This document shows, piece after piece, positions 12,266 through 25,930 of a stretch of DNA of 64,000 nucleotides (the stretch's first letter is position 1; each line of letters starts with the position of its first letter). The DNA is from Felis catus (taxonomy: Eukaryota). Location of the stretch: positions 159,466,001 through 159,530,000 of the forward strand of contig NC_058368.1 of NCBI RefSeq assembly GCF_018350175.1. The letters run 5' to 3'. The position numbers and the translations under genes were made by a program. The notes beneath the pieces were generated by a model. It did no database searches and had not been told where the DNA came from. It saw nothing but the letters and a program-made list of their open reading frames with translations.

Positions 12266-13822
12266 TTATCATTTTAATACTTTCACGTGATTGGTATTTG
12301 AAATAAATCACTGTAAAACAAAGAATCAGTATCAGATATCAAATCAAATATAAATATCTCAACTATTTGAGCTTGAAGACACTTAAAGGTGCATAGACAC
12401 CCAAATCTATGTCATGAAACACAGAATTTTAGGCACTAAATTTATGCTGATGGAAGCTCTATGTGGCAACCAAAGAATGTCCTACAATAAAGTAGGAATA
12501 AATAATTGACATAGAGTCCATGTCCCCCTACTCCAGCCCTATGTTCATTGGCAAGCATTCCTTGTGTTCCCCTTTGTGCAACTGTATTTAAATAAATATA
12601 ACTCAGGCAACCAAGCAGTAGAATTCAGTTTCAGAGCTCAAGAACTAATTTATTTGGGAGGACCAGTATTCATGTATACAGCTCTCTCCTACATTCTCCA
12701 GGGAAATATTGCTTCGTTATGTAAATGCTTGATAAAATTTTACAATATATGCAAGTTTAAATTTATTATCCTGAGCTTACAAGGAGCTAAGCCCTGTTTT
12801 GCAATTTGCCTTGCAAGGTCTCTCAAAACAAAAGTCCATGACGTTTTGTTCACCAACTATTATCCAACAGAAATCCCAGCCTAGTGTGCAGGGTCCTGCC
12901 CAAATACCTCTGTACAATAAATTTTTCTTGGACTTTCCCATTATTCCCAGAATAAGAAGTTGTTTCCTCCTATGGAGTTTTCCTGGTACAAAGTAACAAA
13001 AGGAAACTAGGACTACAACAGAAAAAAAGAACTAATTGATCTTCAGAAATTTACCTCACCTAATAATTGTGAGCTCCTCATGGCATGAACAGCATGTTTT
13101 TCAGTCTTTCCCCACTTGATACCTAGCTAGTCACTGACTCATAGGAGGTCCTCTCTATATATTTGCTCAAGTAACAAATGTTCACAACTTTAGAATCAAA
13201 GGAGCATTTGTGAGAGAAAATTCTCATTAGGAAGAACTCAGGGAAAGAAAAGATTTAAAATTTGACTTTAGTTACCTCCCCCTCCCCTGGTATCTCTCCA
13301 TCCTTTGCTCTCCCTTCCCTCCCATGTTAGCCTGCTCACACATGCTCTCCCACATGCTTGTGCACATGTACACCCATACACTTAACTAGATTTTTCCAGG
13401 CTTTTCCAGCTATCTTAGTAAGTGACTTTACTATCCCTTTAGTGGGGTTGTCATTGAAAAAACAATGCACCAAGCTTTACTCTAAAATGCATAAGCACAG
13501 CCTCTTATATAAAGGTACTACTCTTTTTCAAATATGTGTAAATGCAAGTAAAAGAAGATTTTATGCTCAGAACAGACTTTCCACTTAAGGTTTTCTGGCC
13601 TACACATGAATCAGTCCTTTTCCTCCTGGTTCACCTAAGACTGAATTGGAATTTTTCAAAAGAAACATTTCTAGGTAGCTAAGGGTGTAGCAAGATTCTC
13701 ACACAGAGAGTCGTGACACCGAGGCTTTTTTTTTTTTCTTCCAGGAAACAACTTCATTTGTTCTGGCGCTTCTCACTTGGGTTCGTTGGGACGAACTGAA
13801 CCCTGAACACCACGTGGTGTAG

Positions 13823-13923
13823 TTTTGTTTTCTTTTACTTTTTCTTTTTTTTTTCTTTTTCTTTTACTTTTTCTTTTTCTTTTACTTTTTCTTTTTTTTC
13901 TTTTTCCCTTCCTTCCTTCCTTC

Positions 13924-13977
<54 letters not shown>

Positions 13978-13992
13978 CTCTTTCTTTTCTCT
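13823..13992. repeat. Polypyrimidine tract: (TTTTC)n/(CCTT)n/(TTTC)n
   Basis: Directly visible. Confidence 0.95.
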
Positions 13993-14559
13993 CATCTCCC
14001 ATATGTGGTAACACACAAACATGTAGTCTGATTAAGTGGTCTTGTGTTACACAGCCTTGAGGGATGTTGTCACGTAATCATATAGCCAGGTTGCCTTGAG
14101 GTTTTTTTTTTTCCTTCCTTAGGGAGGGCTCCCTACCACAATGGTACCACAAGCACAGTGGTAGCAGGAGCAAACACAAAAGAAAATTTAAAAATGGAAG
14201 TTTTATAATATGCAGAAGTTCAAATGTATTAACCAACTAATCTGCCCTTAGCCCCTGTTGGTTTTGCCTTACAGTGCCTCCCAAAATAAAATCTATGACA
14301 CCTTGTCTTACTCTTAACTAATTGAAAATTCCAGCTCTAGAACTTCATAATTTCAATCCAGAGGTATTTGGAATATAAAAAGTATGTTTCTGCCTTGGTA
14401 CCAGTCCATACACTATAAAAGGCATGAAAGAAGCTCCCCACCAATAAGCAAACCAAATTAGAAAATCAGGAGGGTGGTGTGCTAACATCAGTAACAAAAA
14501 AATGATGAAACGTGCATGGTATAGGAAAAAATGTGTCATCCAGCTTCAAAGATGTAAAT

Positions 14560-14950
14560 TAGTTCTTTTGAAGAAGGACAGATATTTGAGGCTGTAAATT
14601 ACCATGTCAAATTAGATAGAAATCTTCAATATAGCTCAGTCACAAAACGATGCAGGACTCTTTTGTACTCAACACTGAAAGAGATTGTATCACTTGTGTC
14701 ATAAAACTGAGAGACGTGATGTGATAGTATTTTCCATATGAATGATGGGTCCACACCTGGAATAAAGCATTCAGCTTTGTGCTGGTAGGTGCCCAAAAAA
14801 TGTAGATAAATTGAAAGGAATTCAGAGGAGACGGAGAAAAAATGATAAGTGGAATGAAAGATTTGATGGATGGACTAAAAACAAAAAGTACTACATTTGA
14901 GATTTCTAAGGAAAAACCTTGAGGGAGAATTTGATTGGAGCAGTTCTACT
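14560..14950 (+). mobile_element. CR1/L3 LINE fossil (ORF2 C-terminal region)
   Basis: 14748-14866 translates GPHLE*SIQLCAGRCPKNVDKLKGIQRRRRK/(+1)MISGMKDL, matching the CR1 motif RPHLEYCVQFW..…D.DKLERVQRRATKMI.GL. Confidence 0.75.
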
Positions 14951-15104
14951 GATAGCAGAAGGCTCTAACCTTTGGGTTGAGTGAAGAATAAGGATCTGGG
15001 GGATAAATCAATCTATGGTATTTTAGACACATTCTAAAGTAATGAGGCAAAATTATGATGAAGCATATTATCAGTGAAAACTTTACAACTTCAAATTGAT
15101 GACC

Positions 15105-15265
15105 ACCAAAGCCCTTCAAAGTGTCGCCCAGGGAAAAGCAGCATCATCATCCCCTACAAATGTAGAATTCCAGGTCCCCACCCAGAGCTCCTGAGCCTGG
15201 ATGTGCATTTTAGCAAGATCTCCAGGTTATCTAAGGATGCACATTAAGACTTGAAAAGCACTGGT
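15105..15265. mobile_element. hAT-Charlie MITE, MER5A-like
   Basis: ttcaaagtgt…cagcatca…aaatgtagaattccaggtccccacccaga…tgcattttagcaag…ttgaaaagcactg. Confidence 0.75.
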
Positions 15266-15284
15266 TAATACCAAAGAACAAGTT

Positions 15285-15470
15285 TTAGTGAGGGCTGAGT
15301 TTCAAATTTGATTTGCCACTTACTAGCTATGTGACCACGAACAAATCATTTAATCTCTGCATGCTTGAGATTCCTCACATGTACAATAGGTAATAGTAAT
15401 AACACCTCAGACTGTTGAAGATTATTGAAATTACACATCTTAAACATTTATTGGAGTTGTGAGGGACATA
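15285..15470 (+). mobile_element. MIR
   Basis: tttgccacttactagctatgtgacc…aaatcatttaatctct core. Confidence 0.75.
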
Positions 15471-16084
15471 AAAATGGAAGCATACATAAATGGCACAATG
15501 GGTTGCTATCTCTAATGGAGGATAAATGGAAAGCTGGAGGAAAGAAAAAGGAAGAAGAAAGTAAAGGGAAGAATGAAGAAACAGTAAAAAATTATATTCT
15601 GAAGAGCAGTGAGAGGACTCTTCCATCTTTGTCTCATGAATATCAGTCTCCACAACTCCCGGTGAAGTTTTGCTTCATCATCAACCCTTTCAGGCTCTTT
15701 CCTTGACATAAATATTCTTTTGCTCTTATTCTGTGATTCAAACACTTTCCCAATGTCTCACACCTCTGAGACTTCCCACAAAGGAGTGGTAGGAGGCCTG
15801 CTCAAACCACTGGAGTGAGAAAGTTGGGAAATCACTGCATCTATTGCCCTCCTCCATATTCTTATTAACCATAGCTCTGAATACATTGAAAACACATGCA
15901 GTATTGGTGTTTCTACATCACTCTCCAAACTCCAAAGGGAAGGTGCACAACAGTGGTGAGAAGATGTTTGCTCCCTGGAAATTCTATAAGGTGAAATTTC
16001 CAGTTCCATTTGACTTCTTTTGCTGGGACCAGAATTAGACTGAATTGTTGATGATCGGGATACTAAGAAAAAATTTTCTGACAT

Positions 16085-16430
16085 TTGTTAAAGAGGAAAG
16101 GAAAAATTTACTTAGAACTATTGTGATAGGTGTCAAGACTATTGCAATAGAGAGAGACTGGCCTAACTTCAAATATAGCAAAGATAGCTGGGGAATTATA
16201 GTCACTGAGCAGAATGGGGGGGTGGGGGCAGTCAGTGGGTGAAAAATTCCTAAGAAGAGGCATCGAGGTGAGGAGGGTTCTTGCTAAAGAGATTTAATAA
16301 GATTCTTGTTGAATGCAGGCCAGAGTGGTCAGATATCACACATGGGGAATGAGAAATTTGACCAGATAATAAGAGTGAGGGATTCTCTTAAAACTGACTA
16401 AGGGGGATTCTTGCTAAAATTGATCCGTGG
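16085..16430. mobile_element. ERV1-class (MER4-group) element fragment; probably resumes at about 16915-17000
   Basis: gactattgcaatag, repeated gattcttgctaaa and cagatatca motifs; family uncertain. Confidence 0.55.
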
Positions 16431-16433
16431 AGG

Positions 16434-16912
16434 TGAAGGCCAGCAGAATATGCCACACCAAAGTATGCCTGTGTCTCATAAAATCATTTTGAACTGAAGG
16501 CAATTGAAAAGAAGTAGATCCAAGAAAAGCTCTCTGTTCTTCCACTGTTTGGCTGAAAGCAGGACATACATTTATAAAGGTTTCCTCCTTCCCCTCTCCA
16601 CCACAAAGGACAGAAGTTAATTCCTAGACACAACTCTAGAACGTTATCAGCCCAGGTGTGGCACCAGAGGAATGCACATAGCAGAATTCACTAACCAGCC
16701 CTTATCTTTTATTAGTTCCTCCGTATATTTATCTTCCCACAATTTGCCACCTTAGGAGCTCAAAGTTCTTTTCCTTCCTCTTGCCATTTCTCTAAAAAAT
16801 TATTATTCTCTGCTAAGATGCTATATCAACTCAAGTTCAAAGCATCCCTTTGAGCTACTCATCATTGAGTACTCCCATGTGTATTTGCAACACATGTGTT
16901 AATAAATTTTTG
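16434..16912 (+). mobile_element. ERV1 LTR, MER34-family
   Basis: tgaagg…cagaatatgccacaccaaagtatgcc…attttgaactgaaggcaattga start; aagatgctatat TATA region and aataaa. Confidence 0.8.
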
Positions 16913-17022
16913 TTGAAATCAAGACCCAAAGATAAGGTCTAGTCAAAAAGAAGACTCAGAGGAGGCTGACTAAAGTTTAGTAAAGGAGAAAGATTTTGTC
17001 AGGGGTCAGGGTCCAAAGTGTT

Positions 17023-17076
17023 CACACACACAGACAGACACACACACAAATATACACGTGCTTGCACACACACACA

Positions 17077-17124
<48 letters not shown>
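17023..17124. repeat. (CA)n microsatellite
   Basis: Directly visible; near-perfect run from about 17065. Confidence 0.97.
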
Positions 17125-17125
<1 letters not shown>

Positions 17126-18864
17126 CCTGTATGGAAATTCAGCTCCCTAATCTGCCCTTCCATCAGGCAAACTCTGTTTTCTAGGGACATCTTTGCTGTA
17201 AATATAAGTGAATAAGAAGAAAAGCCTTTAAGACTTTCCTTTTGTTGAGGAAGCTGAGAGAGTGAGGCAAACAACACGCAGAATAGTTTCAAGATGAAGA
17301 GAACGACTTGTTACTGATGTTATTAAGCACAATAAAACAGAACAAAATAAACAAAACATCATTATGACCTAGAGGCTGGTCATGTTGGGAGGAGCAGTAC
17401 TGGTATGTGTGAGTGTGTGTGAGAGTCAGAGAGATTGAAGAGTTCTTCCAAAATTTAAAATTAGGACAATATATTTTTGCTAGTTAACTCCTTCAGGGTT
17501 ACCAAATTAAAAAAAATTGAGACGACAAAAAAACTCCCTGATTTGCTGTCCTATTGAAATACATTTCACCTAATATGAAAGAAATGAGTTAATGTGATAT
17601 TAAGCTTAATTTTGTTACTGTTTTTACGGGTACTTGAACCTCCAATGACAGCGTCTCTAGGGCAATGGCTATTACCACAAGTCAGAGTACTGTAAATTTC
17701 TTATCAAAAACTATAAATCTTAATATCACTTAGGAAACATCCTTTTATGGATAAAAATACCCCTTTGCTAGTAAAATAGCAAAATGTGTTCCAAAGCACA
17801 TCTTTTTTTTTTAGTTCAATAGGTTGATTTCTAAGGTTCCCATTTAGCTTGTATTTGAAAATGGGATTTTCACATTGTTATTTAAAATGGCTCTGGAGTG
17901 CTAAAAAGAACTCCTGAGATAGAATTCTCTGAGAATAGACAGGATCTCAAAATTATTTCATAATGAACAGGAGTGTACTATGGAGGCAGCAGTGATTTTC
18001 ATTAAAATAAAATCAAGAAACATACATTTTGTTGGCATAGAACCTTATGTTCCACAGATATGTCTTAGGCCTGTACTTCCGTTTAAAGGAGGTTGATAAA
18101 CGCAGTCTTCATATTTCAGATAGAGTAAACCTTATCAAAAGGAGTAACATGTTCCTAACAGCTGTTGCATAATTAAAACTACACTTTGGGTATAATAATG
18201 AGAAAGGGTAAGTAATGACAAAAAAGGGAAATATATAAATCTCTTCTTTGAATAGTAACAGCTTGGTATTTGGTTTGCTATTGACAGCTATGTAACACAA
18301 ATTTGATGTTCATTTCAATATTTGCTATTTGCAATATAGATGTGTGTAATAAATGCATATATTTAAATTTTTAAGTGACAGATTAGTACTAAGACTGTTG
18401 GGTGTACATAATCCTTGCTTTGGTGATTATATTTTTCCCATTCACAAGATGTTTCAGTGATCATTTTCTTTTTAAAAATTCAGTAAACATGGCAACTGCA
18501 TATCTGAACACTTTTCTATTTCTTAGAGAATGGGAAAAAAAACAATCACTTGAGTTCCGAGGAGAAATTAAAAGCATAATACATGCCTGTGAAAGACTTG
18601 TATTTCAGGTTCTGGAAATCTGTGAAGACAAAGCTTTTACATAGAAAAAGATTGAAAACATACACAGTGGGGTGAAAAGACCCTCAAAATGCATCTTAAT
18701 GTCCATTTTAATTTCATTTCCACTAGAGGCATCTTCACAGGGACTATCTCTGAGAAAAGCACACAGTCACTCTATCAACTATTAAGAGCTCATCAGTTTC
18801 ATTTACCTGCCCCTTGGCTGGTGGTCACATATGCTGATGACTTCCTAAAGAGACCACAAAAATA

Positions 18865-19300
18865 CCTTGTTCATGGAACAATGCCAGGTTTATTTACTGC
18901 AGTCAGAGAGACCACTGTCTTGATAGTCTTAGGTGAATCTTTGGAGAAAAGGACAAAATCGGGAAATCAGTAGATTTAGAGAAGCTATTTAAAGGTTTTT
19001 CAATGTTGAGGGCCTGATAGGAGCTAAGTTAAGGTTGTGATATGGTAGTTTAAGATTAGTAAACACAGAAATATGAGAGTTTGAAAAGAAACTTTAAGAG
19101 TTAAAAGCAGTTTGATGATTCCAGTTTAACAAACTATTGAAGAATAATTTATTGTTCAGATAGATGGATTTTCAGGAATTATGTGAAATAAACAATATGG
19201 TATTTACAATGTTATCTTTCTGAGCAAAAATTTCCTGGAACAATAAAGTCATGTTATTATAGACAGTAAGCTGATGACTATAGATGGCTTCAGTTCTTAC
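18865..19300 (-). mobile_element. Old ERV1 LTR (MER110/MER89-like)
   Basis: Reverse complement starts gtaagaactgaagccatc…ttgttccaggaaatt; aataaa near the other end; family from memory. Confidence 0.45.
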
Positions 19301-21599
19301 GGTCTTATGGGACTTAAGAGGCTGATAGTCTTGTTATTAAGGATAGGACTCTAGGATCTTTGATTTGTTGTGCATCCATATTGTTCTTATCTTCACAGTC
19401 TTCCAGAAGTGATTCCTAGGGCTCACCAATGTTAATAGCATTTGACAAAGAGTAGAATGTATACTGCTTCTTTGATCCTGATCATGAGTTCTGGGAAAGA
19501 GAATTCAAAATAAGTATCCAGAAATTATCCTTCACTGATGCCTCCTCTTTCAACACACTGTAACCCCAACTCACTATTGTGCAAGATTGGAAGTACAAAG
19601 CATATATTTAAAGTTTTATGTTTCCTGGTGGAGCTGACATTTTTTATTAATACTGTAGGTCAATCTGACTTTGGGAAAGGAGTTTGGCACACAAGAACCA
19701 CCAATGGCTTTAAGCAAAGAAGATTCTTTGACAAAATGATAATCTGCAAAATCAGGAGGCTATCTAAAGGAGGGAATCAAGAAAAAAAGACGGCAAGTCA
19801 CATTTTTCACTTTATTATATTTATTTTCATTAATTAATACATATATATTTTGCACATGAAAACAAACATAAATAGTGCTATATAGAAATCTTTGTGTATC
19901 AATAAATCTTATAATACACACTGACTTATCTAAACTGATATCCCAGGGAGGAAGCATTGTTATATGGAAAACACATAAAAGGACTGTGAATCCCAACCAG
20001 AGGACGTGGAAACATGGGCAAGGCTTTCCATTGTCCTAACCTGGTCACTCTTCTTGAGTAGCAAAAATTATAATGTTAGCATATTTCACAAATTAGTAAT
20101 GAGGATTAAATGAAATACCTAAAAGATATTGGAAATTTTATTTATAAGTAAAAATAGAAGTGGTCACTGTTAAGATTAGTTATATATAATTAGTTATTTA
20201 GCTTCTAAAAACATGGGATGGTATGGGATTCTGTTTCTCTTCCCAAACAATTGGAACCTATGTAGAAAGTGTAAGGTAATCATAATAGTATCTACAAGCT
20301 TAGTTACTTTACAAAAAAAAAAAAAAGGATAAAGAAAAAGAATGAATAATCAATTAAAAATTAAATAATGCTGACTTACCAAAGGAAAAATAATAAATGG
20401 AAGTTAGTTAATGGGGTGATAACACAGTCATCAATATCAAGTTTTTTAATTCATTTTCACTATATGTATCATCTGTATTTAATAAACAGCCTGGAGAAAG
20501 CTAGTGCAGCATTCTATTTTTATAGTTCTTATATCCCTTTAACATATTTTTGTAGATGAAATATTATTTTTAATAAAGTTTTCCTTACATAAAACCAGAA
20601 CAATAGAAAATGTAATTGTCATTTTCAAGGGTGAGTTGAATTTTTAGCTTTCTCCTATACATCAAGGGAATGGAATGAAATGTTTGAAGTAGTGATGAAT
20701 AAAAGCAAGTTGAAGCAGGTGGGCTCTCCTTTACAGTCAGAACACAAGGTTATTCAGGTTTCTGTAATATTTTGTGAGCATCCAGACCATTCATTCATCC
20801 TTTTAAATAAGACACTTTATTCTATCTTCACATTCTGAAATTATGTCACAATTAGTATTATGCAAGTTAGAGCTGAGTATAGCCCCCAAATGTGAGGGAA
20901 ATAAGAGCCTTGCTGCAGAGGCTTGTTGAAAGAAGAATGGAGAGGAGCAGACAAGAGACTAAAAGACAGTAGAGACTTAGAGAAATCAAAGCACTAGTAG
21001 GTAGAAGATTAAGAACAGCCTAAGTTCATGAATTTCCTTCTGACTCCATTGGGGAGTCCACCTGTGAACCCTTTTCTCATCCTGATTACTCATAAGGTTT
21101 TCCTGAGCTTTAGCTGGCATAGTTTTCATTTGCTATTGCCAAGGACCTTAGATCGTTAACAATTTGAAGAACACAAAATATCACTTCTGAAATGTACAGT
21201 TGTACAAAATGGATAAGTCCATGAGCTGAAGACATGCCCCATCCAAACAGATAGCTGAAAAACTTGTGGATGATAAAGACTTGGCAACACAAATATCAAA
21301 TCAAGTAAAATGTATGTAGCCAGAAGACAAAGCAGAAAACATTTGCACTAATTAAAGTGGTAACTCTTTGCATAACTATTTGCATAACTCAGTAGTTATA
21401 GTCATAACAGTTTGCTAGTAACAAACAAAGATTTGAGGAAAATGGGAAAGAGTATAAAAATTTTCTGTGCTTATCCAAAAATATCCAGAGAAGAAAGTAC
21501 TCTGATCTCACACAAGGCTTGGCGTTAAATGTTCTCCTCACTTTTAGCTTTAGGAATCAATGACAATAGAGTAAGGATGAAATGGTATTACTTCTTTGA

Positions 21600-21805
21600 A
21601 TAGACCTCCATACTTGTCAAATGGCTTTCAAAAACATTGCCTCATGAGATTCTCACCACTCCAATGCATAGCTGAGATTTTACTTCCATTGCAGAATTTC
21701 ATTGTAGAGATTCAAAGTAGTTAAATAACTTATTCAGATCCCGACCAGGAGTTATAAGGACAAAATAAGAACACTAGTGTTTTTGTCTTCTAAATCAGTG
21801 CTGTA
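21600..21805 (-). mobile_element. MIR (degenerate)
   Basis: gctttca…cattgcctcatgagattctcaccac…gttaaataactt…ttctaaatcagtgct. Confidence 0.6.
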
Positions 21806-22249
21806 ATCTGTAGCTGCTAGAATAAATTTAAGAGAATCTTGTATTGAAGAAAAGTGTATATCTACTTTAAATTTTAACAACAGATGAAAGGTATCTTTAA
21901 ATAATGGCCAATCTAACTTCATACAGTATTGGCCTCTAGGGCAACTACTTCTACTTTGTCTCTTGTTATATCCCCAAGAGCAAGACTCATATAGAGATGC
22001 AAGAAAGGGCAATTTTGAGCCTTGGTGCTAGATGTGGAGTTTTCTGGTAGATGAAGGAAGGAGGTGAAAGGCCATCAAAACTCTATTACTTATCTTTTCT
22101 TGAAATCTACACTCATTGCCTTGTTTCTTTCAATTGTTCCTTTTCTTAACTAGTATATTTTATATAGTAAGAGAAGCCTATAATTATTTCACATTTTCAG
22201 GGAAGTCTCTCTTTCTCACTCCCTCATCTTAGATACTTTAACAAAAATC

Positions 22250-25200
22250 TAAGTGGTGATTTCCAGGATATAGTGGCTACAAGAAGTGTTATACCCATCT
22301 TTACGATGAAAAAGAGCCAGATTAACTTCAAATTCATGATTTTTGCACCCATCAGAAACCTGAGTTCACAGAACAAACCAATGGCCTCAAATCTGAGAAG
22401 AGATTGGTGCCTGCAAAGATAGAGGAAAAGAAAGCACTCACTTCCCTAGATGAAACACCACCCCCTCCCCCCTTAGACAGACACTGGTGATAACTGATGA
22501 AAGCAGAGTGTAAGTTGGTGGGATGCTGTGAAGTCCAGCAGAGATAAAAAGTGGAGGAGGTAGCACATGCTTGTAGACGTTCTTTCATGAACACAAAAGA
22601 TGCTCATAGAAAAGATCCAAAAGAGACTTAAGAATGTGTTATTGTGGAACCTGTGGACTCAGAGGAGGCGAAGAACAGCCTTAAAAGATTGGAAAGTAAT
22701 TCTTGCCATTAGAACACTGGGGAAAGATGAGGGCAGCCTGAAGAAGGGAATTGAGGGGGGAAAACACCTACTCCTGGGCAAGGAACAGAACTAGGCACTA
22801 GACTCAGAACTGAGAAGAGAGAGTGAGAAGGAACTAGAAGATTCTACCCCTGAGACTCAGAATTTAGAATCTGCCTAAGACAGAGACTTCATCAAAACAG
22901 CAGAGAATTTCCACCAGCCAACTAACACACATTGAATTACAAATTAAAAGTAAGAGCAGAATATTTCAGGGAGTGGACAGATGTGGACCACAAGCATTGC
23001 AAAGGGATATTTTTTGAGGAGAATCTTTAAGAGGCAACCTGAAGTGTAGCATACAGATGAGATTCTGTTCTGGCATACAAACTCCTACACCAAACACAAA
23101 GTATGACTGCAAGAATTTGAAGCCCATGGCACATATTGAGGGTAACCACAGCAGCGACAAACACAGTTCAACTGTTAACTCAAACAGAAGCCATATGTGG
23201 TATGTTTTCAGATCATAATGGAATTAATATAGAAATCAATAACAAAAATTTTAGAATATCTCTAAAATTTTGATAATTGAACAACACAAGTTCAAATAAT
23301 CCATGAGCCAAAAAAGAAATCTCAAGAAAAATTGAGAAATAATTTGAAATGAATGAGTATGAAAATTCAACATATCAAAATGAGATTTGCCACAAAAGCA
23401 GTGCTTACAGGAAAATTTATAGCATTAAATATTCATATTAAAAAATAGGAAAGGACTCAAAGCAGTGATCTACTTCCTACCTTAAGAAACTAGAAGAAAA
23501 GTAAACTTAAAGCAAACAGAAGAAAGGAAATAATAGTGAGTCGAAATCATTGAATTTGAAAATAGAAGAGTGAGAAGTGAAAAACTGTGAAGCCAAAAAC
23601 TGGTTATTTGAAAAGGTAAAATTGGTAAGTCTCTGGGAAATGACAACAATTAAAAAAAAAAAACAGAAAAATGCAACTGCCAATATCAGGAATGCTAAGT
23701 GGATGTGACTGTTAACATCAAAGGTATCATCAAGGTAATACAGAAATACCATGAACAATTCTATGCCCATAAATTCTAAAATTTAGATAAAACTAACTGA
23801 TTCCTCAGAAAACACAGACTACCAAAACTTACTCAGGAGAAATAGATAGCTGGAATAGTCCTTTAATGAGTAAAGAAATTGATTCTTCTCCAAAAAGGAA
23901 TTCCATGCCCAAGTGATTTTATTGGTAAATTCTGCCAAATAGTCAAGGAAGAAATAATACCAGGTTCATGCCATCCCATTCAGAAAATAGCAGAGAATAC
24001 ATTGCCCAGCTGATTTTATTGGGCTAATTCTAGTGTTAAAACCAGACAAGGGTTTGATAAGAAAACTACCAAAAAAATATCTCTAATGAACATAGACATG
24101 AGAATCCTCAACAAAATATTAACAAATGGAATATAGTAGTATATGCAAATGATAATCTATCTTGACCAAATGAGATTCATCTTAGTAATTCAAACTTATT
24201 CAACATTTGAAAATTGAAAAGTGTAACTCACCAAATTAACAAACTAAAATCCTAATATTATTTTTTCTTAATCATAAGCTTATTCTAAAATTTGTACAGA
24301 AAGGCAAAGGAACTAAGGTAACTTACATGATTATAAAGTAAATGAACAAATTTGGAGGACTCATACTGTCTGTTTTCAAGACTTACTCAAAGCTACAGTA
24401 TTCAAGATGTAGTATCAATGAAAGGATAAAAAGATCAGTGAAACAAAATATGAAGCCCAGAAATACATTTAATATAGTAAAATGACTTTGACAAAAATGC
24501 AAAGGCAGATCAAGAGAGAAAGTATAGTCTTCCAACAAATAATGCTCATACAACTTAATTTCTCTATGCAAAAGAGTGGATTTTGACACATAACTCACAC
24601 TTTACACAAAATGGATCATAGAATTAATGGAAATCCTAGATTTGGAAAATCTGTGTGATTTGTGTTTTGCCGGTAGTTTTAGACATGACTTCAAAAGCAA
24701 GATTCAAAATAAAAAAAAAAACATTATGACTTGGATAAATTATCAAAATTAAAATATTTTGCTTTATAAAAAATACTGTTTCAGCAACAAAAAGAAAAGT
24801 CATATCCTAGAAGGAAATATATGCAAATTACTTACCTGAAAATAGGCTTGTATACAAGTTATATAAAAAATTGAAAATTTTTTAAATTAAAAAGGAAGGG
24901 GCATTTAATCTAATACTTCATCAAAGAAGTTATACACATGAGAAATAATCATATGAACAGATGATCAAAATCATTAGTCACTAGGAACATACACAATAAT
25001 GAGACATCACTATACATTAAAATGGCTAAAATTAAAAAGAAAAATGCAGCATCAAGTGTGATGAAAAAGAGCAACTTGGTGGGAATGCAAAACACTATGG
25101 CAACCTTGGAAGCTGTTTTAGCAATTACATATAAATATAAACAGACCATCTACTTAGCATATAACCTAGCTTTCCTACTCCTAAACATTTACCCTGAGGA

Positions 25201-25930
25201 ATTGTGATATTATATTTATGAACACAATTCACAATTTATGAATTGTGATATTATATTTTTGAACACTTTATGTTCATAGCAGCTTCATTCATAAGCTCCA
25301 AAAATTGGAAACAACACAAATATCCTTCAGCACAGGAATGGATGAACAACTGTTGTTACATCCATGCAATAGAATACTACTCAGTAATAAGAAGGAAAAA
25401 AAAACAAAAACAAAATGATGGATTCTCGCAGCATTATGCATGAAACTTAAAAATGTTTTTAAGTGAAAGAAACCAGACTAAGAGTTTCATACTGTATGAT
25501 TCCAAAATATGGCATTCTGGGAAAATGCAAAATAATAGGGCCAGAAAGCAGATCATTGATGCCAAGGTCAAGTCCAGGAGGAGGGGATGACCACAAAGAG
25601 TAGTACAAGGCAATTTTGGAAGTGATGGAACTATTTGATACAGTACTGTGGACATGAATTTATGACTTGGTGCTTTCATCAATGCCCAGAGAATTGTATG
25701 CCATAGTTAGGAAATTGTACTGTTTTTAGGCTTTAAAAAAAAAAAAAAAAAAAGAGCTACAATGTCAGGGGAACCCAGGAGAAAATGTAGACTCTGACAA
25801 TTAAGTGCATTATAAATCCACAGTAACACAAGTGGTAAAGAAAAGAGCTGACTTAGGTAACTTTGAAAAATATTGTGTTGACTAGATAATATAAGACTGC
25901 AGGTGAAAATAACTGAATACAAACACTGTG
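22250..25930 (+). mobile_element. Internally deleted old L1 (L1MC/L1MD-like): 5' region, ORF2 remnants and 3' UTR
   Basis: cagatcataatggaattaatatagaaatcaataac (ORF2), aaaaccagacaag, tggatcataga, gaatggatgaacaactg, 3' UTR motifs; many stops and frameshifts. Confidence 0.88.

Noticed and set aside
16996..17292. HT/CV-repeat ORFs (also 49077-49450) and the F/L-rich ORF at 13825
   Set aside because: Microsatellite translations
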